Shown piece after piece: positions 37,480 to 46,366 of a stretch of 64,000 nucleotides of DNA. Position 1 is the first letter of the stretch, and every line of letters starts with the position of its first letter. Location: the NCBI GenBank assembly GCA_963798845.1, contig CAWCUS010000001.1, forward strand, positions 512,001 to 576,000. The letters are read 5' to 3'. This DNA comes from an uncultured Gemmatimonadales bacterium. Its GTDB lineage: Bacteria; Gemmatimonadota; Gemmatimonadetes; Longimicrobiales; RSA9. A program made the position numbers and the translations under genes. The notes under the pieces were generated by a model, which was not told the origin of the DNA, searched no databases, and was given only the letters and a program-made list of their open reading frames with translations.

Positions 37480-37650
37480 TGGTGGTAGGAGACAGGCTCG
37501 AGACTCAACCCGGCCGCCAGGGACCCGCGCCAGCGCCGTGGCCCTGGCCTTGGCCTCAGGAACCGTGTGGCTCGCCCCCTGTCCATGCACCGGCCCCGCC
37601 AGCGTGAGGGCGGCGACCACCGGGGCCGTAAGCGTCCCGATCCGTCTCAT
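37480..37650 (-). pseudogene. Truncated secreted PepSY-like gene remnant
   Basis: GGAGG RBS, signal peptide, then EAKARATALARVPGGRVES (a PepSY start) before similarity is lost. Confidence 0.5.
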
Positions 37651-37684
37651 GCGCCTCCTCCTGGTCCTGTAATCTGGACCCCAG

Positions 37685-38785
37685 CCTCGGACCAGGTTTT
37701 CCCTTTCCGTTTTGGCCGGAAATGCTATGGCAACGCCCTGGCGGAACCGGCATCATCGGCCCATGGGAAGACATAAGAGGGCCCACGCCCCGGGCATGCT
37801 ATTCCACCTGGTTTCGCGGACCCACCGCGGTGAGCGCTGGTTCGTTCCCGAGCTCCGGGACCGGTTCACCCGACTGATCCCGGCCGTCGTGAGCCGGACC
37901 GATGCGCGCTTACTGGCGTTCGCCGTGATGCCGAACCACCTCCACATCCTGCTGCGACAGGGGGAGATGCCGCTGTCGGCGTCGATGCAGCCGCTGGTGC
38001 GCCGAGTCGCCTACAGGGTCCAGCGCCACCACGGCATCGAGGGCACTGTCGTCGAGCGACGGTTTCGGGATCGGCTCTGTGAGAGTCCGGACCATGCGCG
38101 AGAGGCGCTGATGTACGTGCATCTCAACCCATGGCGCGCCGGGCTGTGCGGCGGAACCCTCGACTACCCGGGAACGACTTACCGGGCCTATCTGCCCGGC
38201 GCCGACCCCGCGGCTTTCGGCATCGCCCCGGAGGCCCAACGCCTCATGCTCGAACTCTTCGCCCTCACTCCCCGCGCGACGCGGGATGATCTGTGTCGCG
38301 ATCACCTGGTCTGGCTGCGGGACCGCATGACACGCGATATCCGGTGGAGGGCCGGTATTTCGGACTCGGGTAGCCCTGAGTCCGACATCGCGCCCAGTTC
38401 CCTGCACTCCGGCCACGGCGACGCCGCCTGGCTCCGCCACTTCGCCGCTCACGCAGACCGGGCGCGGAACGCCATCCGTCGCCCGCGCCTCGACCTGCGC
38501 GACCGTGTCATGGCCGAGCTGACCCGGGCCGGCGAAGGCGCGACGCTCGACCAGCTTCGCGGTTCCTGGCTGTCGCGTCCGCTCGCCCGCATGCGAGCGC
38601 GGGTCATTCGTGGCCTCAGCGACGACGGGTACCGGACCGGCGATCTTGCACGGCTCTTCGGCACAAGCCCGACCACCGTGTCCCGGGCGAAATACGGGTA
38701 TCCCGCCGCCCCGTAGCCTTCGCCAACTGCAGCGGCCTCGGCCGAGACCGAGGGCGCAAGCGGAAAAGGGAAACGTGGTCCGAGG
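37685..38785 (+). mobile_element. RAYT/Y1 element bounded by 25-bp imperfect inverted repeats
   Basis: CCTCGGACCAGGTTTTCCCTTTCCG (37685-37709) matches the reverse complement of 38761-38785 at 22/25 positions. Confidence 0.7.
37763..38716 (+). CDS. REP-associated tyrosine transposase-like HUH nuclease with a C-terminal HTH
   Basis: FHLVSR, AFAVMPNHLHIL (HUH), YVHLNP (catalytic Tyr) and C-terminal DLARLFGTSPTTVSR. Confidence 0.88.
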   Translation: MGRHKRAHAPGMLFHLVSRTHRGERWFVPELRDRFTRLIPAVVSRTDARLLAFAVMPNHLHILLRQGEMPLSASMQPLVRRVAYRVQRHHGIEGTVVERRFRDRLCESPDHAREALMYVHLNPWRAGLCGGTLDYPGTTYRAYLPGADPAAFGIAPEAQRLMLELFALTPRATRDDLCRDHLVWLRDRMTRDIRWRAGISDSGSPESDIAPSSLHSGHGDAAWLRHFAAHADRARNAIRRPRLDLRDRVMAELTRAGEGATLDQLRGSWLSRPLARMRARVIRGLSDDGYRTGDLARLFGTSPTTVSRAKYGYPAAP

Positions 38786-38788
38786 GTG

Positions 38789-39346
38789 CTACCCCCTGCT
38801 CAGCCCCAGCTCATCGCTGATGTCCCGCATGGCCGCGATGACATTGCCCACGTGCTGGTCGAAATCGATGCCGATGAGCTCCGCCCCCCGCTCCACGTCG
38901 CCGCGGTCCACGCCGCGCGCGAACGTGGAGTCCTTCATCTTCTTCTTCACCGACTTGGGCTTCAGGTCGTCGATGCCGTTGGGGCGGACCAGGGCGGTGG
39001 CGGTGATGAGGCCGGTCAGCTCGTCGCAGGCGACGAGCGTGCGGTCCAGCCTGGTCTCCGGCTCGACGCCCGTGAAGTCGCTGCGGTGGGCCAGGATGGC
39101 GTGCAGCACCGGCTCCGGATAGCCGCGCTCGCGCAGTGCGTCCACGGCCCGGAGCGGATGCTCGTCCGGGTACTTCTCCCAGTCCAGATCGTGCAGCAGC
39201 CCGGCCAACCCCCACAGGTCCTCGTCCTCCCCTTCCATGCGCGCGTAGCTCCGCACCGCCGCTTCGACCGCCAGCATGTGCTTGCGCAGGTTCACGTTCT
39301 CGACCCACTCCTCCAGCAGCTGCACCGCTTCCGCGCGATCCGGCAT
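38789..39346 (-). CDS. HD-domain phosphohydrolase (HDIG-like)
   Basis: KHMLAVE, GLLHDLDWE, ACDELTGLITA and FARGVDR. Confidence 0.9.
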   Translation of the reverse strand: MPDRAEAVQLLEEWVENVNLRKHMLAVEAAVRSYARMEGEDEDLWGLAGLLHDLDWEKYPDEHPLRAVDALRERGYPEPVLHAILAHRSDFTGVEPETRLDRTLVACDELTGLITATALVRPNGIDDLKPKSVKKKMKDSTFARGVDRGDVERGAELIGIDFDQHVGNVIAAMRDISDELGLSRG

Positions 39347-39511
39347 GGTCCCGACTCCTCGCTCCGAAGGGCCCGCGGCCCCGACAATGAAGGATGGAAG
39401 ATGTGGGCAGGCTCCGGCCAGGGCAAAACACCCGGCGAGGACGTGGCGGCGCGCCGGAGCCTGGCTCGCCACGCGTGGGCGTGGCACGTCCTGCGGCAAC
39501 CGGACCTCCCG

Positions 39512-41747
39512 TCAGCCTGCGAACGTCTCCAGCAGACGTTTCAGCACGTCCGGCTCCGTCACGGGCGAGGCACAGCTCCGACCTGCGCACACATACGCGC
39601 GCGGCGCTTCTCCGGTGACCATGGCGCGGAGCACGTCGGGAAGCGTCGCGCCTCCGGCGACGCCGCCGTCCGTCGTCGCCGCACCCGCCACCTCCGGCGC
39701 CAGCCGCCGGACCACCGTGGCGGGCCGCGTGGCGCGGAGCGCGGCATCCAGCAACGGGCCGCGTCCGTCCTCGCCCGGCTCCTCCACCACGACCACCGTC
39801 GTGACCGGCCCGGTAGCCCATCGGAGGGCACGGAAGTACGTGGAGGCGCTGGCCGCGAACTGCGGCGCGGAGCCGGCGTAGGCGCGCAGGACCCCGGCGG
39901 CGGCGGCGGCCAGCGCCGGGTCGTCGCGGAGCGCGGCCAGGCGAGAGAACGCCATGGCGGCCACGGCGGTCGGCGACGGCTCGGGCGAGTCCGCGATCTC
40001 GAAACGGCCGTGGCGGAGCAACGATGGGCCGGCGGCGCTCCTCCGCGGCGTCGTCAGCGTCCGCGGCGGCGCCTCCATCATCGTCGGCTCCGGCCGGGCG
40101 GGCGGGGAGGTCGAGAAGCGCGCCGGACGAGTGGGCGAAACGGCGGCGGATGACCTCCACGACGGCGGCCGCGCGCTCCAGCCACCGCTCCTCCTGCGAC
40201 CACTCGAACGCGTCCAGCATTGCGGCGGCCGCGTGTGCCTGATCGGGCAGGTGCACGCCGGAGTCGGGGTCGCCGAGTCGGTGGCGGAAACCCCGGCCCG
40301 AGACCCACGCCTCCGCCCAGACCCGCTCCAGCGCCCGCAGCGCGGCCTCCCCCGCGCCGTCGATGCCCAGCCAGCGCGCCGCTGCGAGGTGGCCTGACGC
40401 GACGAGTGAGACCCATCCCGCGTAGAGGCTCTCGTCCACGTAGGGACGCGGACGCCCGTCGCGGGCCTCCTTCAGCGCTTCCCGGGCCGAGGCGAGCAGC
40501 GCCTCCACTTCCTCGGCGGGGCGCTCCACCCGCCTCGCCACGCTGGCCATCGACGTGGCGCGGAAGAGCACGTGGCGGCGAGGATCCAGGTGCATGGCGC
40601 CAGCCGGATCGTCGAAGCCGAAGCGGAAGCGGACCGCCAGCGCAGCCGTGGCATACACGTCCTCGCCGATCGCCGCGGCCATTTCCTCCACGGTCCAGGT
40701 CCAGTAGTCGCCATCGTCCTCAGGGCCGATGTCCGCGTCCTGCGATGCCGGGAAGCCGCCCGCCTCCACGAGCGCCGGGGCGACGTCGCGGTAGTAGCCC
40801 ACGATCCCCTCCGCCGCTGCGGTGAATTCCGCATCACCGAAGAGCGCCGCCGCCCGCGAAAGCACTTCGAGCAGTGGGCCGTTGTCGTAGGCCATCTTCT
40901 CGAAGTGCGGGATGATCCAGCGGGCATCCGTGCTGTAGCGGTGGAAGCCGCCGCCCAGCTGGTCGTGGATGCCGCCGCCCACCATGGCGGCCAGCGTCTC
41001 CCGGACCATGGCGCCCGCAGCGCTCGCCCCCGCGAGCCCGCCCGGCTCCCCGCCACTGCCCCCACGATCGCCTTCGCCTGGAGCTTCCGCCGCCCGGTCC
41101 AGAAGCAGCGCCAGGCTGCCGACGGACGGGAACTTGGGCGCCCCGCCGAAGCCGCCGTGGGCGGCGTCGTAAGCCCGGGCGAGCGCCTGGATGGCCTCGT
41201 CCACGAGCCCGGGCCGGAGCTCGCCCGGCGACGCTTCGGCCGAGAGCGACGAAGTGAGCCGCTCGCGCACCGCCGCGGCCGCCTCCATCACCCGCGACCG
41301 CTCCTCCTTCCACACCCGGGCCACCGCCTGGAGCACGCGCCGGAACGAGGGTCGGCCATGGGCATCCTCCGGCGGGAAGTACGTGCCGCCGTGGAAGACC
41401 TCGCCGTCGGGAGTGAGGAAGGCGGTGAGCGGCCACCCGCCCTGGCCCACCAGAGACTGCACGGCGCGCTGGTAGCGCGCATCGACGTCCGGCCGCTCGT
41501 CCCGGTCCACCTTCACCGGGACGTACAGCTCGTTGATGAGCGCGGCCGTGTCCGGATCCTCGTAGCTCTCCCGGTCCATGACGTGGCACCAGTGGCACCA
41601 CACCGCGCCGATGTCGAGGAGGACGGGGCGGTCGGCCTCGCGGGCCAGGCGGAACGCCTCGTCGCCCCACGGATGCCAGCGCACGGGTTGTTCGGCGCCA
41701 TGGCGGAGGAACGGACTCGCGGCGCCGCCGAGCGGAGAGTCGCTCAC
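39512..41747 (-). pseudogene. YyaL/SSP411 thioredoxin-domain protein with a frameshift near 40045 (pseudogene or error)
   Basis: SPFLRH, WCHWCHVM, VDRDERPDVD, GGWPLT and PHFEKM in one frame; DSPEPS and AYVCAGRSCASP in another. Confidence 0.85.
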
Positions 41748-42445
41748 GCCACCCTCGCGCTCGGGCAGAGGTCGAACAGGACGCAGGCGTCGCACAGCGG
41801 GCTCGGCGCCTTGCACACGGCGCGGCCATGGAAGATGAACAGGTGCGGCAGGGCGGTCCACGATGCTTTCGGCACCAGGGCGACGAGGTCCTGCTCGATC
41901 TTCTCGGGCGCGGTCTCCGCCGTGAGCCCCAGGCGGCCCGAGAGGCGCTTCACGTGGGTGTCCACGACCACGCCCTCGTCCTTGTCGAATGCGTTGCCCA
42001 GCACGACGTTCGCCGTCTTGCGACCGACGCCCGGCAGCTTCGTCAGCTCCGCCATGCTGTCCGGAATCCGGCCATCGTGCCGCTCCACCACGGCATCCGC
42101 CATCCCCAGCAGGCTCTTCGTCTTCTGCCGGAAGAAGCCCGTGGAGCGGATCAGCTCCTCCACGTCCTCCGTCTTCGCCCCGGCCAGCTCCCTCACAGTC
42201 GGGTAGCGACGGAAGAGCTCGGGCGTGACCATGTTCACCCGCTCATCCGTGCACTGCGCGGACAGGATGGTGGCCACCAGCAGCTCGTACGGATTGGCGT
42301 GTTCCAGCGACGTCGCCGCGTCGGGATACTCCTCCCACAGGCGACGGACGATCTGCTCGACCCGCTCCGCCTTCTCCGCCTTCTTCTCGCCCACGAACCG
42401 GCGGCCGGCGGGCGTCTTCGCCGTCTTTCGCTTGGTCTCGCTCAT
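41744..42445 (-). CDS. nth: Endonuclease III
   Basis: LSAQCTDERVN, LPGVGRKTAN, VDTHV and a C-x6-C-x2-C-x5-C Fe-S motif. Confidence 0.96.
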   Translation of the reverse strand: MSETKRKTAKTPAGRRFVGEKKAEKAERVEQIVRRLWEEYPDAATSLEHANPYELLVATILSAQCTDERVNMVTPELFRRYPTVRELAGAKTEDVEELIRSTGFFRQKTKSLLGMADAVVERHDGRIPDSMAELTKLPGVGRKTANVVLGNAFDKDEGVVVDTHVKRLSGRLGLTAETAPEKIEQDLVALVPKASWTALPHLFIFHGRAVCKAPSPLCDACVLFDLCPSARVA

Positions 42446-44292
42446 GTTCCCCCGAAATGCGCCAGCACGCGCTCCAGCTCCCATGTGTTGATCACGTCGT
42501 CCGGCTCCAGCCATCCCTTTCTCGCCATGTGGACGCCGTACATCACCGCGCCGAGCCCGGCCGTGGAGTGTGCATCCGGGTCGATGGCGCACCGGATCCC
42601 CAGGGTCTTCGCCCGCGGCCAGTGCCGCCAGTCCAGGTCCAGACGCGCGGGGTCCGCGTTGATCTCCACCGCGGCGCCCGAGGCCGCGGCCGCCTCCAGC
42701 AGCGCGTCGACGTCCACCTCGTACGCGTCCCGCGTCAGCAGCAGGCGACCCGTGGCGTGGCCGAGGATCCCGCCCCCGCCGCGGCCGCGGGCCGCGCCGG
42801 CGCCGCTCCGGCCGCCCACTCCGGCGCCGTGCGGGGCCGTGCCGCCCAGCCGGGCGATGGCGGCGGTCATCCTGGCCGTCATCCTGTCCCGCCCCATGCG
42901 GAAGCCCGAGTGGACGGACCCCACCACGTAATCCAGCGACGACAGCACGTCATCCGGGTAGTCGAGGCTGCCATCGGACAGGATGTCCGCCTCGGCGCCT
43001 TTCAGAAGGTAGAGCTCCGAGCCGCGGGCCGCGTTCCACCCGTCGATCTCCCGCTGCTGGAGACGGAGCTGCTCGACGCTCAGCCCGCCGGCGTACCCCG
43101 CCGCGGGAGAATGGTCCGCAATGCCCAGGTAGCGCCAGCCGCGGGCCAGCGCCGCCTCCGCCATCTCCGCCACCGTGGCCGTGCCGTCCGACCACGTGGT
43201 GTGGCAGTGGAACGTGCCGCGGAGGTCGTCGTAGGCGACCAGGCGCGGCAGCCGGTGCTCCGCCGCAGCCTCGATCTCCCCCATCCCCTCCCGCAGCTCG
43301 GGCGGGATCCAGTCCAGGTCGAGCGCCGCGTAGAGCGCTGCCTCGTCGTCCACCTCGACGCGGGCATCGTCGCGCCAGAGGCCATTGCCATCGAGGCGCA
43401 GGCCGCGCTCGTCCGCCCGCTCGGCCAGCGCGGCCACGTGCACGGCCGAGCCCGTGTCCACCACCCTCGCCGCCGCGGCCGCTTCCGGGCGCACGCACCG
43501 GACGCGGACGACCATGCCATCCGCCAGCTCACCCTCGACCAGGACCGGCCGTCCCGCGGGCCCACCGCCGGCCCCGACGCGGCGTGGGTCCCGGAGCACG
43601 GGGAGCCCGGCGACGTCGTCGAGCACGGCGTCGCATGAATCGGATACGACGAGCACGTCCACCGCCCCCGCCGTTTCGCACCGCCGCCGGACCTCGCCCG
43701 TGAGCGCCACCTCGAGGACCGGGAGGGTTTCCAGGTGGCCAACCAGGCGCTCGGCCGCGGAGAACGCGCCCGGCTGCCGGCGACGCCCCGCGCTCCGCTC
43801 CACGAACGGGATGCCGGCCAGGATCCGCTCCTGCGTGGCAGGTCCGAAGCCGGGGAGCGCGGCCACACGGCCGGCGGTGGCCGCCTCGCGGAGCGCAGCC
43901 AGGGAGTCTATGCCGAGGCGCTCGACCAGCGTCTGCACGCGCTTGGGGCCGAGGCCCGAGACGGCCCGCAGCTGCGCCTGCCCTGCCGGGGTCTCCTCGC
44001 GGAGGCGGTCGTAGAGGCGAGAGCGGCCGGTCTCCACCATCTCCTGGAGCACCCGGATGATCCCCGGCCCCACGCCGTTCACCTCCGCGAGCTCCCCGGA
44101 CTCGAGCGCGTCCCCAAGGCCGCCGTCCAGCCGATCGAGGACGCGAGCGCCGGTGCGGTACGCGGCCGCGCGGAACGGGTCGTCGTCCTGGAGCCGGAGC
44201 AGCGCCCCGATCTCGTCCAGCACGAGCGCGGCCAGGTGGCGGTCGACACCGGGGCCGGTCGCCCCCGCCTTCGGGGCCGGGACTTCAGCCAC
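42442..44292 (-). CDS. polX: PolX-PHP fusion with an altered polymerase active site
   Basis: FRAAAY, GLGPK, HhH motifs, TGS, PPELRE; PHP motifs HCHTTWSDG, ADHS and DAH. Confidence 0.92.
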   Translation of the reverse strand: MAEVPAPKAGATGPGVDRHLAALVLDEIGALLRLQDDDPFRAAAYRTGARVLDRLDGGLGDALESGELAEVNGVGPGIIRVLQEMVETGRSRLYDRLREETPAGQAQLRAVSGLGPKRVQTLVERLGIDSLAALREAATAGRVAALPGFGPATQERILAGIPFVERSAGRRRQPGAFSAAERLVGHLETLPVLEVALTGEVRRRCETAGAVDVLVVSDSCDAVLDDVAGLPVLRDPRRVGAGGGPAGRPVLVEGELADGMVVRVRCVRPEAAAAARVVDTGSAVHVAALAERADERGLRLDGNGLWRDDARVEVDDEAALYAALDLDWIPPELREGMGEIEAAAEHRLPRLVAYDDLRGTFHCHTTWSDGTATVAEMAEAALARGWRYLGIADHSPAAGYAGGLSVEQLRLQQREIDGWNAARGSELYLLKGAEADILSDGSLDYPDDVLSSLDYVVGSVHSGFRMGRDRMTARMTAAIARLGGTAPHGAGVGGRSGAGAARGRGGGGILGHATGRLLLTRDAYEVDVDALLEAAAASGAAVEINADPARLDLDWRHWPRAKTLGIRCAIDPDAHSTAGLGAVMYGVHMARKGWLEPDDVINTWELERVLAHFGGT

Positions 44293-45152
44293 TCGCCGGA
44301 TCCAGCGCCCAGAAACAGAGCGAGGCCAGCTTCAGCAGCTCCGCCGACGTCGCGACCGAGTACAGCCGCTCCATCTCGCCGCCAGGGAGCGTGGTCTCGA
44401 AATCCTTGCCGTCCGGGCGCGCGTCAGCTTCCGCCCAGTGCGGTTCGTCGTCCAGCACCCCCGTGGCGCTCACGATGCTGAAGCCCGGACGACCCGGCCG
44501 CACGCCCAGCGGCATGAGCACGTGCAGCTCCGGCGCCGCCTCGTCCCGCTCCACCAGCGACCAGAAGAACCCGTCCGCAGGCTCCGGGCGCATCCCCGGC
44601 GACGGCGAGGCCCAGACCAGGTTCCGCGGAAGCCGGAGGTACCCCGCCGACGACGGCAGGGTCAGCTCCCAATCGCCCACTCGCGTCACCTCATCCAGAA
44701 GCCACCGCACCTTCTCCGCGTCCAGCGACTCGGTGCGCTTCCCCCCGCGCCAGAACCGGAACGCGTGGTACAGCACGCGCCCATACTGCCGCAGCGCATC
44801 GTCGGCGGCGGCCCCGGCGGCGCCGGCGGCGCCGGCGGCCCCGGCGGCGTCGGCGGCGGCGGCGTCGGCGGCCCCGGCGGCGTCCGGCGTGCCGTCGGCG
44901 GCCACCGGCGGCGTCGGCGGCGTCGGCGGTCCGGGTGCCCTCGGGCGCCGAAGCGCCGGCCATCGCCTCGTCGCCCGCAATGGCGTGGAGCAGGCGACCT
45001 ACGCTGGTCAGGAAGAGGAAGCGGTCCGGGTCATCCACGGCCACGCCCCTCGCCTCCGCCTCCTCCGCGATCGGCGGGAACAGCCGCTCGTCGATGGACT
45101 CCGCCCCGAAAACGAGGTGGTACGGACTGGGTCGCTCGTTGGGCTCGGTCAT
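44285..45152 (-). pseudogene. Hypothetical protein with a frameshift in an Ala/Asp-rich linker near 44900 (likely one gene)
   Basis: N-terminal half MTEPNERPSPYHLVF... and C-terminal half ...LYHAFRFW...YLRLPRNLVW...PGGEMERLYSV are in different frames. Confidence 0.65.
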
Positions 45153-45242
45153 GGGTCACATCATAGGCCGGAGGGGTGCGGGCGTCACGAGGCGACGGCC
45201 GTTCGCGTCACCAGGCGGGTTCCGTTCAAGATTCCTGCCGGA

Positions 45243-45277
45243 GGGCATGGGGCATGGGGCATGGGGCATGGGGCATG
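45243..45277. repeat. Heptamer tandem repeat (GGGCATG)x5
   Basis: Five perfect copies followed by further G-runs. Confidence 0.92.
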
Positions 45278-45544
45278 GGGCGGGGGGCTGGGGGGCGCCG
45301 TGGATCGGACAATGGACCGGCGCGGCGTCGTGATGGGGCGATCGACGGCGAATAATGCCGTGCATCGTACACGCGCCAACGTTCGGCGCTTCGCTTGTGT
45401 ACGACGGGCGGCGCATACGCACGTCCGTTGAACAATGAACCCGCCGGGGCGGGCCCGTTGGGCGGTCGACGGCAGCCGCGGCGCGCGGACATTCGACACG
45501 GCGTGCCCCGCCGCCACCGGTCAGCCGCGACGCGAAGCGCTCCC

Positions 45545-46354
45545 CTACACCGCCCTCGCCACGCCCTCCGCCTGGACCACCCGGAGCGGCCGCCGCGTCA
45601 GCAGCCGCCGCAGCGCCGCCAGGGTCCCCTGCCGTCGCACGAGCACGAGGCACACTCCGCCGTGCGCCGCCATGCCGTCGACGATGTCGACGAACGTGAC
45701 GTCCCCGACTTCGGCGGGTGGGTCGATGGCATAACAATGGCCCTGGAGCGCGAACTCAATGGGTGGGCTGGCGTCGCGGCCCCGCGCGGTTTGCGCCGCC
45801 CGCGAAGCCTCCAGCGTGGCGCCAGCCGCGGGTCGGGACGGCTCTGCGGCCGGAACGACGGTGTGCCCGGCGTCGTCGACCTCGACCTCGATGAAGAGGT
45901 CGCCGTCGGCATCGAATGTGGCGGGGGCGACGTTCTCACCGGAGCGGAAGAACCAGGGGTCGAAGGAGTCGCCCTGAAGGCGCTTGAAGTTCTCGTCGAC
46001 GGCGTAGTCGACGTCCTCGAGGGCGTCCTCGGTGGCGAGGGATTCGAGGTGGTGGCGGAGCTCGTGGTGGATGGTCTCCCAGATCTCGTACTCCCAGTCG
46101 AACTCGGGATCGAGCCGGGCGAGGCGGCGGAACGAGCCGTAGTAGAGGACCAGCACGGAGCGGGTGGTGTCGGGGCCGTCCCAGTCGGAGGGGTAGCTCT
46201 CCGTGAGGCACTCACCGAGCGTATAGACGCCATCGAGCCCCGGGTGCGGCTGAGCGCCGCTCCGCAGGACCAGGCCGTCCACGCCCGCGCGGTACTCGTC
46301 CGGGATCGCCTCCCAGGCTTCCATGGCCCGCCGCTCGAACGCCTGGAACCGCAC
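45545..46354 (-). CDS. Zincin-like metallopeptidase family protein
   Basis: TLGEC, LVLYYGSF and TIHHELRHH (HExxH). Confidence 0.8.
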   Translation of the reverse strand: MRFQAFERRAMEAWEAIPDEYRAGVDGLVLRSGAQPHPGLDGVYTLGECLTESYPSDWDGPDTTRSVLVLYYGSFRRLARLDPEFDWEYEIWETIHHELRHHLESLATEDALEDVDYAVDENFKRLQGDSFDPWFFRSGENVAPATFDADGDLFIEVEVDDAGHTVVPAAEPSRPAAGATLEASRAAQTARGRDASPPIEFALQGHCYAIDPPAEVGDVTFVDIVDGMAAHGGVCLVLVRRQGTLAALRRLLTRRPLRVVQAEGVARAV

Positions 46355-46366
46355 GGAGCCGTCGGC

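Noticed and set aside
45366..45404. Integron attC site
   Set aside because: CGCCAAC and GTTCGGC are adjacent at the hairpin apex rather than at its ends. There is no cassette array or integron integrase.
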